Shown: piece after piece, positions 60,862 through 64,000 of the stretch | How the letters are laid out: each line of letters begins with the position of its first letter | Position numbering within the stretch: the stretch's first letter is position 1 | Assembly (NCBI RefSeq): GCF_009914755.1 | Contig: NC_060935.1 | Origin: the human T2T-CHM13v2.0 reference genome, Homo sapiens | Direction: 5' to 3' (one strand) | DNA length: 64,000 nt | The notes under the pieces: generated by a model | What the model was told of the DNA's origin: nothing | Databases searched by the model: none | What the model saw: only the letters and a program-made list of their open reading frames with translations | Made by a program: the position numbers and the translations under genes

Positions 60862-60990
60862 CTTTCCATCTCTTTAATCCATCTCTAAGAGATGAAGATG
60901 TAGATACACAGACACGCGCGTGCGAACACACACGCAAACACACACACACACACACACACACAGGCTTTCCAGCTCTTTAATCCGTCTCTA
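60785..60990. repeat. Tandem duplication (period about 101 bp), each unit containing (CG)n(CA)n
   Basis: Units start at 60785 and 60886 with taagagat(a/g)aagatgtag and end with caggctttcca(t/g)ctctttaatcc(a/g)tctcta. Confidence 0.92.
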
Positions 60991-61949
60991 TCACTGGGAG
61001 GCTGCAGACTGCCTCTCCAAGCTAGGGAGGTTTGAAAAGACTCTAGAACTCACTAAGTCTTCAACAACTGATTCCAAAGCTGGAGATAAGTGGGTGGGAG
61101 GGAAGGATACAGAGAGGGTGACAGGCTGAGGGTTCAAAAGGAATGAGGGGTGATGGAAGAAACCAGGAGGTGCATGTGTGTGGGTGCCAGAGCTGGGAAG
61201 GGAAGGGATGGGGCAGGTTGCAGAGGACCAAGACGAACATGGGGCAGGGTAGGTGAAGACAGGTCAAGGCCTAGGTATGACCGTATGTTTGGAGGAAAAG
61301 AGACTGGAAGGGATGAGAAGAGAGTGATGGCGGATTTGTGGGTAGAAACTAAAGAAGGTGTGGAGGGAGACGACAGGAGCATGTGTATAATTCAGGGACT
61401 AAGAATGAAGAGGAACACTAGGAGATGGTTCTCAATTGTCCCCAAAAGACACAACAAAAACTTGTCAGGGACTATCAGTACCTCTGAATGAGAGTCCTTC
61501 CACTTCCAGTTACAGGGCAAGACCAAGTTACTCCCAAAAGAGCAAGGCCAGGCTCTGGTCAGCTAGGAACAGCGTCTGCTCACTAAATACCTACTGCTTG
61601 GCTCCAGGTAAGGTCGGGACTCAGGAAAACAGACATACAGACAACGACTGGGGTCGGCGGGGCTCCCCCACCCAACCCGGGTCCTCCTGAGTGCAGAGGG
61701 CCTTGGGGCTGCAGACCGAGTGTGGGTCTGTATTAGCATCCATCTGACAGGGAGAGAGCTTTCGGAGGCCCCAGACACCGCCCCTCTCACCCCAAGTGTC
61801 ACAACTGCCAGAGCAGAGGGAGCGCCTTTTCCAGCCCAGAAGCCCTCTCCCCTCACGCACTTCTCAACACCCCCCCCACCAACTTCTGAGGACACCCCAC
61901 CTGCGTCCGATCTCCCAGCTCTGAGCTCTTCCACTTCAGAGACACTTAT

Positions 61950-63110
61950 CTTGGAGCCCGGGACCCTCCGACCTCAGGGGTCCCTCTCGGCTCCCTAGAG
62001 GCGGTACAGCCGCCGGGAAGCCACCCTCGCCGAGCCTCCGCCGGCTCGCAGTGGCCCCGTTCCCGCCCCGCCCGGCCGGCCGCGCCCGCCCTACTTGGAC
62101 TGAACCGAGAAGCTCCCGCCCGCGGCCTCCGCCAGCAAACTCATGAGCCGGCGCCCGCGCAGAGTCCTGGGCCGGCCGGGCTCTCCTCCCCCGGACCCCT
62201 ACCCGCCAGCCCCGGCCGGGCCTCACCTGGTGCCCTCCCCGAGGCGGGGGAGCTGGGGGCGGCGGCAGCGGCTCCGGGCTCGAGAAGGAAGTGAGAGCGG
62301 GAGGCCGGAGGAAGTGGGGGGGGCGGGCCGGCGAGGCGGGGCGGGCCGGGGCGGGGCCCGACCAGGAAGTCCGAGGGCCGATCTCCCCCTCTCCAGCCCC
62401 GGCCCGCCCCCAGCCTCGCCCCCGGCCCAGTCCCGGGCTTGCCACGTTCCCCTCCCAGTCCGCTGCCCCTGCGGTCAGTAAGTCAGGCCTCCCAAGGTCA
62501 AGTCTCTCCGCCTCCTCCTGGCCACCCTACCCCTGGAGGCCCTACCCTGGGCGCTAGGCGTTCGTCCTCTTCCCCCCATCCCGCCCCCACCAGCCTCCGC
62601 GGGAAGATGCTGAGAAAGGCGCCCCTGGGCCTGGTCCCTTCAGTCAACCCCAGGGATAGAGTGGTGGCCGAGGCTGGGGCAGTCCCCGCCCCTGCCCTGA
62701 GCCCCGGGGGAGTGCGAGGTGGTGGTGATTCAGCAGTGGGAAGGCCCCAGACCCCTGGGGAGGGTGGGGAGACTCGGGGGGAAGAGGAGCTGGCGTCAGC
62801 ACCCAAGGGAAAGACAAGATCAGCAGAGGCGCAGGCGGAGCCGCGGGCCCCAAAAACAGGATGTCGAGTCGTCATTCAGCACCGTGCAGCCCTGCGAGGC
62901 CTGGCTCTGGGGAGGGGGCGGGGCGGACGGAGGACTTGGGGCTTCCCTCGCCCCCTCGCCCCCTGTTCTGCTGGGGCGCGCAGCTGCTTGGGGCTGAAGA
63001 GCCGCACCCAGGCCTGAGGTCCAGCTTGGGCCCCGGCGACCCGCGGGTGGGCGGGCTCATGGGCGCCCTCTGGTGCTTCGCTCCCTGGCTTTGCGCTCGG
63101 AGCTTTGACT
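61950..63110 (-). promoter_or_regulatory. RHOG: RHOG CpG-island promoter
   Basis: High CpG density, stacked GC boxes 62315-62357, three GGAAGT ETS cores (about 62287, 62310, 62365). Confidence 0.88.
62227..62320 (-). other. RHOG: RHOG non-coding exon 1 (TSS end approximate)
   Basis: Minus-strand donor CAG|GTGAGG at 62226 inside a CpG island; splices to 49533. Confidence 0.85.
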
Positions 63111-63469
63111 TGAGAATCCATATCCTTCGTTCAGCACAAAGTTTCTGAGCGCCTACCACGTGGAGAGAGCTAAGTGCTAGGTGCTGTGAAGAAACACAGC
63201 GTTTAAGACAGGATCCCTGTCTTCCAGAAGCTTTTCAAATAAACGGATTGATTCCAGGAATAAATAGCTTAACCTTTCTGAGCCTCAAATCTGTCTTTGG
63301 TAAAATAGAATAATTATATTTCACCCCGTAGTTTTGAAGATAACATGAGAATGGGTGTAAAAGACCTGTTGTCAATGCGTATCTCAAACACTAAACAAAT
63401 ATCTTTTAAAAATATCATACCCTAAGAGTCTGGCGCGGTGGCGTCTGCCTGTAATTACAGAGATGGTGA

Positions 63470-63895
<426 letters not shown>

Positions 63896-64000
63896 TGACT
63901 TAGCCATAGCCAAAGTATTATCTTTTTTTTTTTTTTTTTTTTTTTTTTTGGAGATGGAGTCTCGCTCTGTCACCAGGCTGGACTGCAGTGGCGCGGTCTC

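Noticed and set aside
60337-60888. 183-aa plus-strand ORF in RHOG intron 1
   Set aside because: No recognisable domain, runs into a CA repeat, no supporting exon structure.

Overview
Alu-rich primate, most likely human, genomic DNA. The gene order NUP98 (-) / PGAP2 (+) / RHOG (-) matches the 11p15.4 locus. The window holds the 5' end of NUP98 (non-coding exon 1 and FG-repeat coding exons 2-4) and a CpG-island promoter shared head-to-head with PGAP2. It also holds the complete PGAP2 gene (254-aa core ORF rebuilt from GT-AG junctions) and the complete RHOG gene (single coding exon, 191 aa), convergent with PGAP2. Most ORFs in the supplied track are Alu or low-complexity artefacts. The most unusual area is the 5' half of PGAP2: (i) two paralogous tandem exons, each with its own ATG; (ii) a non-Alu 137-bp inverted repeat (134/137 identical) whose 327-bp loop holds a UG-rich, in-frame, stop-free 141-nt exon-like cassette; (iii) a 22-nt microexon that acts as a reading-frame switch for an upstream ATG; (iv) a diverged remnant copy of the intron behind the first exon; (v) oppositely oriented Alu arrays around the second exon. 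A U7 snRNA retrocopy with a fold-back tail lies in NUP98 intron 2. Gene and repeat names come from recalled sequences, not database searches; repeat boundaries and TSS positions are approximate.
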